A stretch of DNA of 64,000 bases. Origin: Caldimonas sp. (GTDB taxonomy: Bacteria > Pseudomonadota > Gammaproteobacteria > Burkholderiales > Burkholderiaceae_C). This document shows, in pieces, positions 44,701 to 53,436 of this stretch. The stretch spans positions 9,701-73,700 of the forward strand of contig NZ_JBKBSL010000013.1 in NCBI RefSeq assembly GCF_046291045.1, read 5' to 3'. The notes below the pieces were generated by a model. The model did not search any database. It was not told where the DNA came from and saw only the letters and a program-made list of their open reading frames with translations. Numbering within the stretch: position 1 is the first letter of the stretch; the number at the start of each line of letters is the position of its first letter. The position numbers and the translations under genes were made by a program.

Positions 44701-44977
44701 GATGGCCGCGCGCGTGCGCCTGCGCCCCATCCTGATGACCACGCTGGCCATGGTCTTCGGCATGGTGCCGCTGGCCTTCGCCCTGTCCGAAGGCGCCGAG
44801 CAGCGCTCTCCAATGGGCCAGGCGGTGATCGGCGGCGTGGTCACCTCCTCATTGCTGACGCTGGTCGTCGTGCCGGTCATCTACTGCTACCTCGACGACC
44901 TGGCCGCCTGGCTGCGGCGCAAGCTCGTCCGGCCCTCCCTGCCTGACGGCGCAGACGCCTCTGCAGTGCCGAAATAA
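41786..44977 (+). CDS. RND efflux permease (HAE1/AcrB family)
   Basis: DQFPDIEFP, VGLLIDDAIVVRENI, GLVTKNAILLVDF, RLRPILMTT. Confidence 0.96.
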   Translation: MWFTRVSISNPVMATMVMLAFVVLGLFSYQRLKVDQFPDIEFPIVVVQVDYPGASPEIVETEVTRKVEEAVNSIAGIKKLYSRSYDSRSVVIIEFNLDVDDRRAADDVREKMSILRPSLRDEVEEPRVLRFDPSGRPVYILALTSPDGSRSALELSTYADQTLKKRLENVPGVGSVSLVGEVRREINVYLRPQAMEALGVTVEQVVNAVRTENRDLPAGALRSRESERVVQINARIQRPEDFSRIIVARRGSGGSVPVTLGQVAEIVDGPQEIETLALYNGQRTLALTVLKAQGQNTIEVVDGLNRVVDELRGELPRGMALEVVSDGSRPIRVAVKNVRQTLIEGAVLTVAIVFLFLNSWRSTVITGLTLPIALIGTFGVMHAFGFSINMVTLMALSLCVGLLIDDAIVVRENIVRHMQMGKGPREAALDGTNEIGLAVLATTLSIVAVFLPIGFMGGIIGKFFHEFGITMVAAVMISMFVSFTLDPMLSSVWHDPAVMPHASARRSLYDRTLGRLTGAMDRFSHWLGEAYQHILAWSLQHKAATMGIAAASLVASFALVPLLGTEFVPKADFGDTNVSFYTPTGSSLEATEAKVRQVDAILREFPEVRYTVATINTGSAPDKNQASLYVRLVDRDQRERNVDQMSVPLRERLAAVPGITVTQVGLLDAVGGQKPISLSLQGNDLQELQRQTQALLERLRAIPGLVDLDTSMKPNKPTVDVQVRREAASDLGLSVGALTTSLRALVAGQTVGNWRAEDGESYDVKVRLAPQARQQAEDLAALGLAVGQNADGSARIVRLSQVADLVPSVGPSQINRRDLRREVEITANVSGRSLGEVSADIRRAIEGLSLPAGYRISFGGSTRDMQESFAYALSALGLAVIFIYMILASQFKSFVQPIALMSSLPLTLIGVVLMLLVFGSTLNMFSIIGVIMLMGLVTKNAILLVDFANRAREGHGAEGLDGRRLAREEALMMAARVRLRPILMTTLAMVFGMVPLAFALSEGAEQRSPMGQAVIGGVVTSSLLTLVVVPVIYCYLDDLAAWLRRKLVRPSLPDGADASAVPK

Positions 44978-45021
44978 AATCCGGATCTTCCCTAGCACAC
45001 CGTCCCGACGAGAACCCGTCC

Positions 45022-45687
45022 ATGAACATCGAGCAAGCCCGCTTCAACATGATCGAACAACAGATCCGCCCCTGGGAGGTGCTGGATCCGTCGGTGCTGT
45101 CGCTGCTGTCGGTGGTGCGCCGCGAGGACTTCGTGCCTGCGGCTTACCGGTCCCTGGCCTTCGTCGATATGGAGATCCCGCTCCTGGAGGGGGGTGCCCG
45201 AGGCATGTGCATGCTGCAGCCCAAGGTCGAGGCCCGTCTGCTGCAGGAGCTGGCGATCGGCAAGCATGAAAAGGTGCTGGAGATCGGCGCCGGCTCGGGC
45301 CACATGGCCGCCTTGCTGGCTCACAAGGCCCTGCGCGTCCTGACGCTGGAGATCCATCCCGAACTGGCCCGCATGGCGGCCGACAACCTGCGCCGCGCCG
45401 CCATCCACAACGCCGAGGTACGCCACGCCGACGGCTCCAAGGTCACGCTGGCTGAAGGGCCGTTCGACGCCATCCTGGCCTCGGGCTCGGTGGCCCAGGT
45501 GCCGCAGCAACTGCTCTCACAGCTCAAGATTGGCGGACGGCTCGCCACCATCGTCGGCCAAGAGCCGGTGATGCGTGCCGTCATCGTCACCCGCACCGGC
45601 GAACGCGAGTTCCGCAGCGTCGAGGTCTTCGACACCGTGGCCCCGCGCCTGCAAGGTTTCGACGAACCGTCCCGGTTCAGTTTCTGA
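45022..45687 (+). CDS. Protein-L-isoaspartate O-methyltransferase family protein (second paralog)
   Basis: ARFNMIEQQIRPW, VRREDFVP, LEIGAGSGHMAA; directly before tolC. Confidence 0.9.
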   Translation: MNIEQARFNMIEQQIRPWEVLDPSVLSLLSVVRREDFVPAAYRSLAFVDMEIPLLEGGARGMCMLQPKVEARLLQELAIGKHEKVLEIGAGSGHMAALLAHKALRVLTLEIHPELARMAADNLRRAAIHNAEVRHADGSKVTLAEGPFDAILASGSVAQVPQQLLSQLKIGGRLATIVGQEPVMRAVIVTRTGEREFRSVEVFDTVAPRLQGFDEPSRFSF

Positions 45688-45719
45688 TCGCCCCCTTTCA
45701 CAACGACGAGGATTTCCCC

Positions 45720-47072
45720 ATGCCTCAACGCCCGACCTCCGTGGCCTTGGCTCGCCGCAAGTCCCGACTCCGCCCGTTCGTGCTCGGTTTGGGCCTGCTA
45801 TGGACCATGGGGGCCGGCGCCCAGAGCCTGGTCGAGGTCTACGAAGCCGCCCGGCAGTACGACGCCACCTACCTGGCGGCCCGTGCCCAGGCCGAATCGG
45901 CCGAGTTCCGCGCCGCGCAGGCCGGTGCCTTGCGGCTGCCCACCGTGGGCGTGGGAGCGTCGAGCACGCGCACCGAGACCGATCCGGCCCAGGGCCCGGA
46001 CCTGTCGGGTACGGCCCATCAGCTCGCCCTGCAGGCACGCCAGCCGCTGTTCAACCGCGGCAACGGGGTGAGCATCGACCAGGCCGACAAGACGCTGGAG
46101 ATCTCGCGCGCCGAGCTGGCCAATGCGGAACAGGACCTGATCGTGCGGGTGGCCCAGGCCTATTTCGACGTGCTGGCGGCCCAGGATGCACTCAATACCG
46201 CGCGGGCCAACAAGACGGCGATCGCCGAACAGCTGGCCTCGGCGCGACGCAACTTCGAGGTCGGTACGGCCACGATCACCGACACCCGCGAAGCCCAGGC
46301 CCGCTTCGACCTGGCCGGCGCCCAGGAACTGGCGGCCGAGAACGAGCTGCGCACCCGCCAGCTTGCGCTGGACCAGCTCGTGGGCCGCAGCGGCGTCACG
46401 CCGCAACCGCTGGCCACGCCGGTGACCCTGCCCACGGTGGCACCGGCCGACCCCGAAGCCTGGGTGGCGCGAGCGCTGGAGTCCCCCAACGTCCGGCGCG
46501 CCGCCCTGGCCTACGAGATCGCCCGACTGGAAACCGAAAAAGCGCGCGCCGGACATCTTCCCACGGTGGACCTGATGGGCACGCTGGCACGCAACCGCAA
46601 CAGCGGCACACTCTACGAAGCCCAGCGCACGGCCGGTAACGTCACCAACGCCAGCGTGGGCGTGCAGCTCAACCTGCCGCTGTTCGCGGGCTTTGCCGTC
46701 CAGAACCGCGTGAAAGAGACGCTCTCTCTGGAAGAGAAGTCCCGCAACGACCTGGAGGCGGCGCGGCGCAGCGTCTCGCTGGGCACCCGCCAGGCCTATC
46801 TCGGTGTGCAGTCGCTGCAGGCTCAAGTGCGGGCCCTCGAAGCAGCGGAGGCCTCTTCCAAGCTGGCACTGGAGGCCACGCAAACAGGATACCGCGTCGG
46901 CGTGCGGGTCAACCTGGACGTGCTCAACGCCCAGACCCAGCTCTTCTCGACCCAGCGAGATCTGGCCCGCGCGCGCTACGACGTGCTGGTGGGCAGCCTG
47001 CGGCTGCGCCAGGCCGCCGGCGTGCTCTCCGCCGAGGATCTCGGGGCCATCAACGGTCTGCTGGCACGTTGA
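45720..47072 (+). CDS. tolC: TolC family outer-membrane channel
   Basis: Signal peptide, QSLVEVYEAARQYDAT, VAQAYFDVL, FEVGTATITD, YRVGVRVNLDVLNAQ. Confidence 0.93.
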   Translation: MPQRPTSVALARRKSRLRPFVLGLGLLWTMGAGAQSLVEVYEAARQYDATYLAARAQAESAEFRAAQAGALRLPTVGVGASSTRTETDPAQGPDLSGTAHQLALQARQPLFNRGNGVSIDQADKTLEISRAELANAEQDLIVRVAQAYFDVLAAQDALNTARANKTAIAEQLASARRNFEVGTATITDTREAQARFDLAGAQELAAENELRTRQLALDQLVGRSGVTPQPLATPVTLPTVAPADPEAWVARALESPNVRRAALAYEIARLETEKARAGHLPTVDLMGTLARNRNSGTLYEAQRTAGNVTNASVGVQLNLPLFAGFAVQNRVKETLSLEEKSRNDLEAARRSVSLGTRQAYLGVQSLQAQVRALEAAEASSKLALEATQTGYRVGVRVNLDVLNAQTQLFSTQRDLARARYDVLVGSLRLRQAAGVLSAEDLGAINGLLAR

Positions 47073-48393
47073 GCCGCCCGGCCGGGGGCAGCAAGGCGAG
47101 TATGTGCTCGGCCATGCGCCTGGCTGCCCCTCGATGGGCGGCGGCAAAGCGGCTGGCCCGCGCCGCCATCGCGTCGCGCTGCGCGCCGGAGATCGCCAGG
47201 GCGGCTGCCCGGGGAACCCCCTGCGCCAGGGTCTCGACCCGGCAGGCCGCTCCCGCCCGCAGCGCCAATTCGGCCGCCTCGGAGAAATTGAAAGTGTGAG
47301 GCCCCATCACGAGAGGACAGCCGCAGGCGGCAGCCTCGATCAGATTCTGCCCCCCCAGCGGCTCGAAGCTGCCACCCAGCAGCGCCACGTCGGCGGCCGC
47401 ATAGTACGCCGGCATCTCCCCCAGACTGTCACCCAGGCAGACATCGGCCCGGCCGGCGCCGGCCTCGGGCATCGCCGTGCCCCATTGCGAACGCCGCACG
47501 ACGCCCAGGCCCGCCGCCTCCACCAGGGCCGCCACCTCCCGGAAACGCTGCGGATGCCGCGGCACCAGCAGCAGCAGCGGCCGCGGCCAGGGCAGGGCCT
47601 GCCAGGCCTGTAGCAAGGCCGCCTCCTCGCCCTCGCGTGTGCTGGCCGCCAGGACCACCGGCCGCGGTGAACCCGCCTCCCAGGCCGAACGCCAGGCGCG
47701 CCCGAGGGCCAGCAACGAGGGTTCCGGCGCCATGTCGAACTTCAGATTCCCGCAGACCTCGACCCGAGCCACGCCAGCCTCGCGCAAGCGCGCGGCATCA
47801 TCCTCGGTCTGCGCCAACGCAAGCTGCAGGCTGCGCGCTGCCGGCCGCATCAGGGCCCCCAGACGATGGCCTCGCCGCAGGCTGCGTTCGCTCAGCCGCG
47901 CATTGACCAGCACCATCGGCACGCCCGAGCAGGCGGCGGCGTGCTGGAGGTTGGGCCAGACCTCGGTCTCCATCAACAGCCCCAGCGCTGGACGATGATG
48001 GGCCAGGAAACGCGCCACAGCGCCAGGCGTGTCGAACGGCAGCCAGACCTGGCGGTCGCCCGGCTGCAGCAGAGCCCGTCCGGCCTCACGACCCGTGGCC
48101 GTGCCATGAGTGAGCAGCAAGCGCAGCCCCGGGCGACAGGCCCTCAGGGCTTGCACCAGCCCGGCGGCCGCGCGCGTCTCGCCCAGGGAGACCGCATGCA
48201 GCCACACCGCCCCCGCAGACGCCGGCGGGTCGTCATACCAGCCCAAGCGCTCAGCCAACCGGTGGCGATAGAGCGGCTCATGGCGCCCGCGCCACCACAA
48301 CCGGGCCAGATACAGCGGCTGCAGCAACCACATCGCCGCCGCATAGGCCTGGCGGGCCCAGCGTTCGGACGGGCGAACCGCCGGTTCGGTCAA
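47050..48393 (-). CDS. waaA: 3-deoxy-D-manno-octulosonic acid transferase
   Basis: WLHAVSLGE, METEVWPNL, PRHPQRF, GDSLGEM, GGQNLIEAA. Confidence 0.96.
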   Translation of the reverse strand: MTEPAVRPSERWARQAYAAAMWLLQPLYLARLWWRGRHEPLYRHRLAERLGWYDDPPASAGAVWLHAVSLGETRAAAGLVQALRACRPGLRLLLTHGTATGREAGRALLQPGDRQVWLPFDTPGAVARFLAHHRPALGLLMETEVWPNLQHAAACSGVPMVLVNARLSERSLRRGHRLGALMRPAARSLQLALAQTEDDAARLREAGVARVEVCGNLKFDMAPEPSLLALGRAWRSAWEAGSPRPVVLAASTREGEEAALLQAWQALPWPRPLLLLVPRHPQRFREVAALVEAAGLGVVRRSQWGTAMPEAGAGRADVCLGDSLGEMPAYYAAADVALLGGSFEPLGGQNLIEAAACGCPLVMGPHTFNFSEAAELALRAGAACRVETLAQGVPRAAALAISGAQRDAMAARASRFAAAHRGAARRMAEHILALLPPAGRLNVPADR

Positions 48394-49781
48394 TGCGCTG
48401 CCCCGCCGATGCGGGCATCGGGTTTCACTTCACGCACCGCGGCCAAGAACTGCTCGCGGATGCGCGCCAATGCCGCAGGCGTATGGCCCTCGAAGCGCAG
48501 GACGAGCACCGGCGTGGTGTTGGAAGCGCGCACCAGGCCGAAGCCATCGTCATACTCCGCGCGCAGGCCGTCGATGTCGACCACCTCGCGCGCGCCCTCG
48601 AAGCGGGCTGTCTGGCGCAGCCGCTCGATCAGGCGATGGTGCTCGCCCTCGGCACAGGCGATATTGAGCTCGGGCGTGCTATGGCTGGTGGGCAGTGCAT
48701 CGAGCACGGCACTGGGATCCTCGTAGCGGCTCAGGATCTCCAGCAGCCGCGCGGCCGTGTAGGTGGCGTCATCGAACCCATACCATCGTTCCTTGAAGAA
48801 GACATGCCCGCTCATCTCGCCTGCGAACGGCGCGCCGGTCTCACGCAGCTTGGCCTTGACGAGCGAATGGCCCGTCTTCCACATCAACGGCACGCCGCCG
48901 GCCTCGCGGATCACCTGAGCCAAGCGCTGGCTGCACTTGACGTCGTAGATGATGGTCGCGCCGGGGTTGCGCTGCAGGATGTCGCGCGCAAAAAGCATCA
49001 TCTGGCGGTCCGGGTAGATGTTGTGGCCGTCGCGCGTGACCACGCCCAGGCGGTCACCGTCGCCGTCGAAGGCCAGGCCCAGTTCGGCCCCGTGCTCGCG
49101 CACGGCGGCGATCAGATCGGCCAGGTTCTCGGGCTTGGACGGGTCGGGGTGGTGGTTGGGGAAGTCGCCGTCCACCTCGGAGTAGAGCTCGATCACCTCG
49201 CAGCCCAGGGCGCGCAAGATGCCCGGCGCCGAAGCGCCCGGGATGCCATTGCCGGAATCGACGACGACCTTCATCGGACGGGCCAGCGTCACGTCGCTGC
49301 TGATGCGCCGGGTGTACTCGGGCAGCACGTCCAGCCGATGCACGCTGCCCTCGCCTTGCACGTAATCTTCGACCTCCATCCGGCGGCGCAGGCCCTGGAT
49401 CTCGTCGCCGTAGATGGCGCGCCCGGCCAGCACCATCTTGAAGCCGTTGTAGTCCTTGGGGTTGTGGCTGCCCGTCACCTGGATGCTGGAATGGCAGCCC
49501 TGGTCGCCTCGCGTGGCAGCCACGTAGTAGCTCATCGGCGTGGTCACGGCGCCCAGGTCGATGACATCGACGCCGGTAGCGCACAGGCCCCGGACCAGCG
49601 CGGCCGACAGCGACGGACCCGACACCCGCCCGTCACGGCCCACCGCCACGGCCCTTTCGCCGATCGCCCGCGCTTCGGTCCCGAAGGCGCGGCCCAGGTG
49701 CTCGGCCACGGCCTCGTCGAGGGTGGTCCCGACGATGCCACGGATGTCGTAGGCCTTGAAGATCGATGCGGCTGGCTGCAC
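48390..49781 (-). CDS. Phosphomannomutase/phosphoglucomutase (AlgC-like)
   Basis: IFKAYDIRG, VTGSHNP, AFDGDGDR, GEMSGH, RASNT; GTG start at 49781. Confidence 0.95.
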   Translation of the reverse strand: MQPAASIFKAYDIRGIVGTTLDEAVAEHLGRAFGTEARAIGERAVAVGRDGRVSGPSLSAALVRGLCATGVDVIDLGAVTTPMSYYVAATRGDQGCHSSIQVTGSHNPKDYNGFKMVLAGRAIYGDEIQGLRRRMEVEDYVQGEGSVHRLDVLPEYTRRISSDVTLARPMKVVVDSGNGIPGASAPGILRALGCEVIELYSEVDGDFPNHHPDPSKPENLADLIAAVREHGAELGLAFDGDGDRLGVVTRDGHNIYPDRQMMLFARDILQRNPGATIIYDVKCSQRLAQVIREAGGVPLMWKTGHSLVKAKLRETGAPFAGEMSGHVFFKERWYGFDDATYTAARLLEILSRYEDPSAVLDALPTSHSTPELNIACAEGEHHRLIERLRQTARFEGAREVVDIDGLRAEYDDGFGLVRASNTTPVLVLRFEGHTPAALARIREQFLAAVREVKPDARIGGAAH

Positions 49782-49849
49782 GGTGGTCCCTTCTGTCCGG
49801 TCTGGTCCAATCGTCCATTGTAGGGAGGGTCGCCATCGGGCTCGACCAC

Positions 49850-49892
49850 ATGTCCGAAAACGGCGAGCCCTGCACCGGGCGCCGCCCATAAT
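49850..49892 (+). promoter_or_regulatory. ada/alkA promoter: -10 CATAAT plus candidate activator site
   Basis: CATAAT 49887-49892, 6 nt before ATG; ATGTCCGAAAACGGCGAG at about -49 to -32. Confidence 0.4.
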
Positions 49893-49898
49893 GGCTGC

Positions 49899-51410
49899 AT
49901 GCTGGATGACAACGCCGCCTACGCCGCCTTGCGATCGCGCGATGCCCGCTTCGACGGGCAGCTCTTCGTGGGTGTCACTTCCACCGGCATCTACTGCCGC
50001 CCGGTGTGTCGTGTGCGCACGCCGCTGCAGCGCAATTGCCGCTTCTTCGAAAGTGCGGCCCAGGCCGAAGCGGCGCGTTTCCGCCCCTGCCTGAAATGCC
50101 GCCCGGAAGTGGCGCCGGGCCAGCGCCTGTCCTGGACGGTGATGGATGCCTCGCGCACCCTGGCCCGCCAGGCCTCGGCCTGGCTCGACACGCAGGCCGG
50201 CCTGCCCGATGGGCCCCATGTGGCCCAGCTGGCCCAACGGCTGGGCATCAGCGACCGCCATCTGCGCCGCATCTTCCAGGCCGAGCATGGAGTCACCCCC
50301 CTGCAATATCTGCAGACCCGCCGATTGCTGCTGGCCAAGCAGTTGCTGACCGACACCGACCTTGCGGTGACCGACGTGGCCCTGGCCAGCGGCTTCGGCA
50401 GTCTGCGGCGCTTTCATGCCGCCTTCGCCGAACATTACCGCCTGCAACCCACCGAGCTGCGGCGCCAGCGTCCGACGGCGCCGGAGCCGCAGGGCCCGGT
50501 GTTGCGCCTGGCCTACCGGCCGCCGCACGACCCGGCCGCGCTGTGGGCCTTCCTGGCGCAGCGGGCCATCCCCGGGGTCGAAGCGCCGGCCCCGCAGGGG
50601 TGGCGCCGCAGCCTGCACTGGCCCCATCCCACGCAGGATGGCCGCTGGCTGAGCGGCTGGCTGGCCGTGCGCTTCGATGCGCCGCATGCCCGGGTCGAGC
50701 TTCAGCTCTCACCCTCCCTGGTGGCCGCCAGCAGCACCCTGCTGCCGGCCGTGCGCCGCTGGCTGGACCTGGACGCCCAGCCCGAGCAGGTCGATGCGCG
50801 CCTGAAGGATCTGCCCCATCCCGGCATGCGCCTGCCGGGCGCGCTCGACCCCTTCGAGCTGGCCGTGCGCGCCGTGCTCGGGCAGCAGGTCAGCGTTGCG
50901 GCGGCCCGCACGCTGGCCACCCGGCTGGTGGACGCCTATGGGGAGCCCGTCGACAGCCCCTGGCCCGAGGTGCGACGCTGCTTCCCCCGGCCGGAGCGCC
51001 TGGCCGAGGCGGCGCCGGACGCCCTGGGTCGCCTGGGCCTGGTGCGACAGCGGGTGGGCGCCATCGGCGCCCTGGCCCGTGCGTGGCCCACACTGAGCCC
51101 CCTGCTCCAGGCCCCCGCCCTGGGGAGCCCGGGCGACCCGCTCCCGACAGCCGTCCAGGCGCTGCAGGCCCTGCCCGGCATCGGCCCCTGGACGGCCCAC
51201 TACATCGCCATGCGCGCGCTGGGGTGGCCCGACGCCTTCCCGCCCGGCGATGTGGCCGTGCTCAAGGCCCTGACGCAGTGGCTCGGGCGCCCCTGCTCGA
51301 TGCGCGAGGCCGAGCAACTGGCCGAGGGCTGGCGCCCGTGGCGGGCCTACGCCGTGATCCGCCTGTGGGCTTCGCTCTGCCCCACACCCACTCTTTCACC
51401 GCTGTCATGA
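49899..51410 (+). CDS. alkA: Ada-N/AraC/AlkA fusion (methylphosphotriester sensor-regulator + 3-methyladenine glycosylase)
   Basis: GIYCRPVC and RPCLKCRP zinc motifs, AraC HTH, FELAVRAVLGQQVS, LPGIGPWTA HhH, WRPWRAYA. Confidence 0.93.
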   Translation: MLDDNAAYAALRSRDARFDGQLFVGVTSTGIYCRPVCRVRTPLQRNCRFFESAAQAEAARFRPCLKCRPEVAPGQRLSWTVMDASRTLARQASAWLDTQAGLPDGPHVAQLAQRLGISDRHLRRIFQAEHGVTPLQYLQTRRLLLAKQLLTDTDLAVTDVALASGFGSLRRFHAAFAEHYRLQPTELRRQRPTAPEPQGPVLRLAYRPPHDPAALWAFLAQRAIPGVEAPAPQGWRRSLHWPHPTQDGRWLSGWLAVRFDAPHARVELQLSPSLVAASSTLLPAVRRWLDLDAQPEQVDARLKDLPHPGMRLPGALDPFELAVRAVLGQQVSVAAARTLATRLVDAYGEPVDSPWPEVRRCFPRPERLAEAAPDALGRLGLVRQRVGAIGALARAWPTLSPLLQAPALGSPGDPLPTAVQALQALPGIGPWTAHYIAMRALGWPDAFPPGDVAVLKALTQWLGRPCSMREAEQLAEGWRPWRAYAVIRLWASLCPTPTLSPLS

Positions 51411-51907
51411 TGAACATTCCCTACACCGCGCAGCGCCGCTGGGCTTCCCCCCTGGGCACGATCTGGGCCGCACGCACCGCCGCCGGCCTGGCTGGCCTGT
51501 GGTTCGCCGAAGGCCAGAAGGACACCCCGGACACCCTCGACGCGCCCCTGCGTGACGACGACCCCTTGCTTAGGGCGGCCGAGGCCACACTCGCCAACTA
51601 CTGGCGGGACGGGACCCTGGCCTGGAACCTGCCCCTGGATCTGCACGGCACGCCCTTCCAGCGCGAGGTCTGGCTGGCCTTGCTGAAGGTGCCCCGCGGG
51701 CACACGCTGAGCTACCGCGGCCTGGCCGATCGCATCGGCCGCCCGCAGGCCGTGCGGGCGGTGGGGGCGGCCGTGGGGCGCAACCCGGTGTCCATCCTCG
51801 TGCCCTGCCATCGCATCCTGGGCAGCGACGGCAGCCTCACCGGCTACGCCGGCGGCCTGGAGCGCAAGGTCGCATTGCTTCGCCTCGAAGGGGTGCTGGC
51901 CGCATGA
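51407..51907 (+). CDS. ogt: Methylated-DNA-protein-cysteine methyltransferase
   Basis: GTPFQREVW, AVRAVGAAVGRNP, VPCHR; ATGA overlap with alkA. Confidence 0.96.
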   Translation: MMNIPYTAQRRWASPLGTIWAARTAAGLAGLWFAEGQKDTPDTLDAPLRDDDPLLRAAEATLANYWRDGTLAWNLPLDLHGTPFQREVWLALLKVPRGHTLSYRGLADRIGRPQAVRAVGAAVGRNPVSILVPCHRILGSDGSLTGYAGGLERKVALLRLEGVLAA

Positions 51908-52827
51908 AGCCCCGCGATCTCACCGAACTCGTGCTCCTGGCCGCCATCTGGGGCGCGTCCTTCCTCTTCATGCGCCTGGCGGCGGGCCCCTTCGGCCCGA
52001 TCGCCCTGGTGGCCGTGCGGGTGGCCGGTGCCGCCCTCTTCCTGCTGCCGCTGCTGGCCTGGCGCGGACAGGCCGCCTGGCTGCCGCGCCGCGCGGCGCC
52101 ACTCTTCGTTGCGGGCCTGTTCACCAGTGCACTGCCCTTCCTGGGCTTCAGCTATGCGGCGTTGAGCATCACCGCGGGCCTATCTTCCATCTTCAACGCC
52201 ACCACGCCGCTCTTTGGCGCGCTGATCGCGTGGCTGTGGCTGAAGGATCGGCTCACCTGGCCGCGGGTGCTCGGCCTGGCGATCGGATTCGCCGGGGTGG
52301 TGGGTCTGGCCTGGGACAAGGCGAGCTTTCGCCCGGAGGCACCCGGCGGGGCCACCGGCTGGGCCGTACTGGCCTGCCTTGCCGCCGCCCTGTGCTACGG
52401 GTTTGCAGCCAGCTACACCAAACGCCGCTTGGCCGGCGTTCCGCCGCTGGCCGTGGCCACCGGCACCCAGCTCGGTGCCACGCTGGCGCTGCTGCTGCCG
52501 GCCTGGTGGTGGTGGCCCGAAACCATGCCCTCGGCCAGCGCCTGGGCCTCGGCCCTGGCACTGGCCCTCGTGTGCACCGGGCTGGCCTACATCCTCTACT
52601 TCCGGCTGATGAGCCGCGTGGGGCCCACCAACACCATCACCGTGACCTTCCTGATCCCGGCGTTTGCAGTACTGTGGGGCTGGAGCTTCCTCGACGAAGC
52701 CGTGACGCCAGCCATGCTGGCAGGCAGCGCCGTCATCCTGGTGGGCACGGCCCTTGTCACGGGCCTGATCCCGCGCGGCAAGCCTAAGGTTCTGCCCCAG
52801 GCACCTGAGCGAGAATCGGCGCCCTGA
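51904..52827 (+). CDS. DMT/EamA family transporter
   Basis: IWGASFLF, NATTPLF, ten hydrophobic segments, duplicated EamA halves. Confidence 0.93.
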   Translation: MKPRDLTELVLLAAIWGASFLFMRLAAGPFGPIALVAVRVAGAALFLLPLLAWRGQAAWLPRRAAPLFVAGLFTSALPFLGFSYAALSITAGLSSIFNATTPLFGALIAWLWLKDRLTWPRVLGLAIGFAGVVGLAWDKASFRPEAPGGATGWAVLACLAAALCYGFAASYTKRRLAGVPPLAVATGTQLGATLALLLPAWWWWPETMPSASAWASALALALVCTGLAYILYFRLMSRVGPTNTITVTFLIPAFAVLWGWSFLDEAVTPAMLAGSAVILVGTALVTGLIPRGKPKVLPQAPERESAP

Positions 52828-52847
52828 TCCGCCGATTCGCCACCACC

Positions 52848-53282
52848 ATGAGCCACATCCCCGACCCCGCCACCGCCGACCTCACGCTCAACCTCAGCCG
52901 CGACGCCTTCCGCGACGGCCTGGCCATGCGCCAGCGCGTGATGGGCACCGACTTCGTCGAACGAGCCTTTGCCAACGCCGACGACTTTCACGCCGAACTG
53001 CAGCAGCTCGTCACTTCGCTGGCCTGGGGCACGGTGTGGCCCCGGGCCGGCCTGGACCCGAAGACGCGCAGCATGATCACCGTGGCCATGCTCGTGGCCC
53101 TGGGCAAGCGCCAGGAACTCGAAGGCCATGTGCGCGGCGCGCTGAACAATGGCGTCACCGTCGAGGAGCTGAAGGAGATGATGCTGCACTCGGCCATCTA
53201 CTGCGGCTTTCCCGCCGCCATCGAAGGCTTCCGCGCCGCCAAGACCGTGATCGACCAGGTGCAGGCCCCGGCCAAGCCATGA
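52848..53282 (+). CDS. Carboxymuconolactone decarboxylase family protein
   Basis: AWGTVWPRAGLDPKTRSMITVAML, HVRGALNNGVT, AIYCGFPAA. Confidence 0.92.
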   Translation: MSHIPDPATADLTLNLSRDAFRDGLAMRQRVMGTDFVERAFANADDFHAELQQLVTSLAWGTVWPRAGLDPKTRSMITVAMLVALGKRQELEGHVRGALNNGVTVEELKEMMLHSAIYCGFPAAIEGFRAAKTVIDQVQAPAKP

Positions 53283-53428
53283 CCTCGGTCCGCAAGCGCA
53301 AGGGGCGCATCCCCGCTCCCAAGCCCCGCAATCCACTGGTGGCACCCATGCAACAGCGCAAGGCCGGGGCGCATCGCAAGGGGCGATCGTCCGAACGCCA
53401 GCGATCGAAGCGGGCACTGCGCCGCTGA
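53279..53428 (+). CDS. 49-aa very basic protein
   Basis: MTSVRKRKGRIPAPKPRNPLVAPMQQRKAGAHRKG...; ATGA overlap with the CMD gene; 18 Arg/Lys. Confidence 0.6.
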   Translation: MTSVRKRKGRIPAPKPRNPLVAPMQQRKAGAHRKGRSSERQRSKRALRR

Positions 53429-53436
53429 CGCCCGGT

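Noticed and set aside
34811-45687. Two protein-L-isoaspartate methyltransferase genes
   Set aside because: surE-pcm-nlpD and pcm-like-tolC are both usual betaproteobacterial arrangements.
47050-47072. Convergent overlap of tolC and waaA 3' ends
   Set aside because: A 23-bp tail overlap is commonplace; both proteins look complete.
49782-50687. Apparent 300-aa N-terminal extension of the phosphomannomutase
   Set aside because: Overlaps ada/alkA antisense; real start is GTG 49781 with its own SD-like GAAGGGA and upstream -10 TACAAT.
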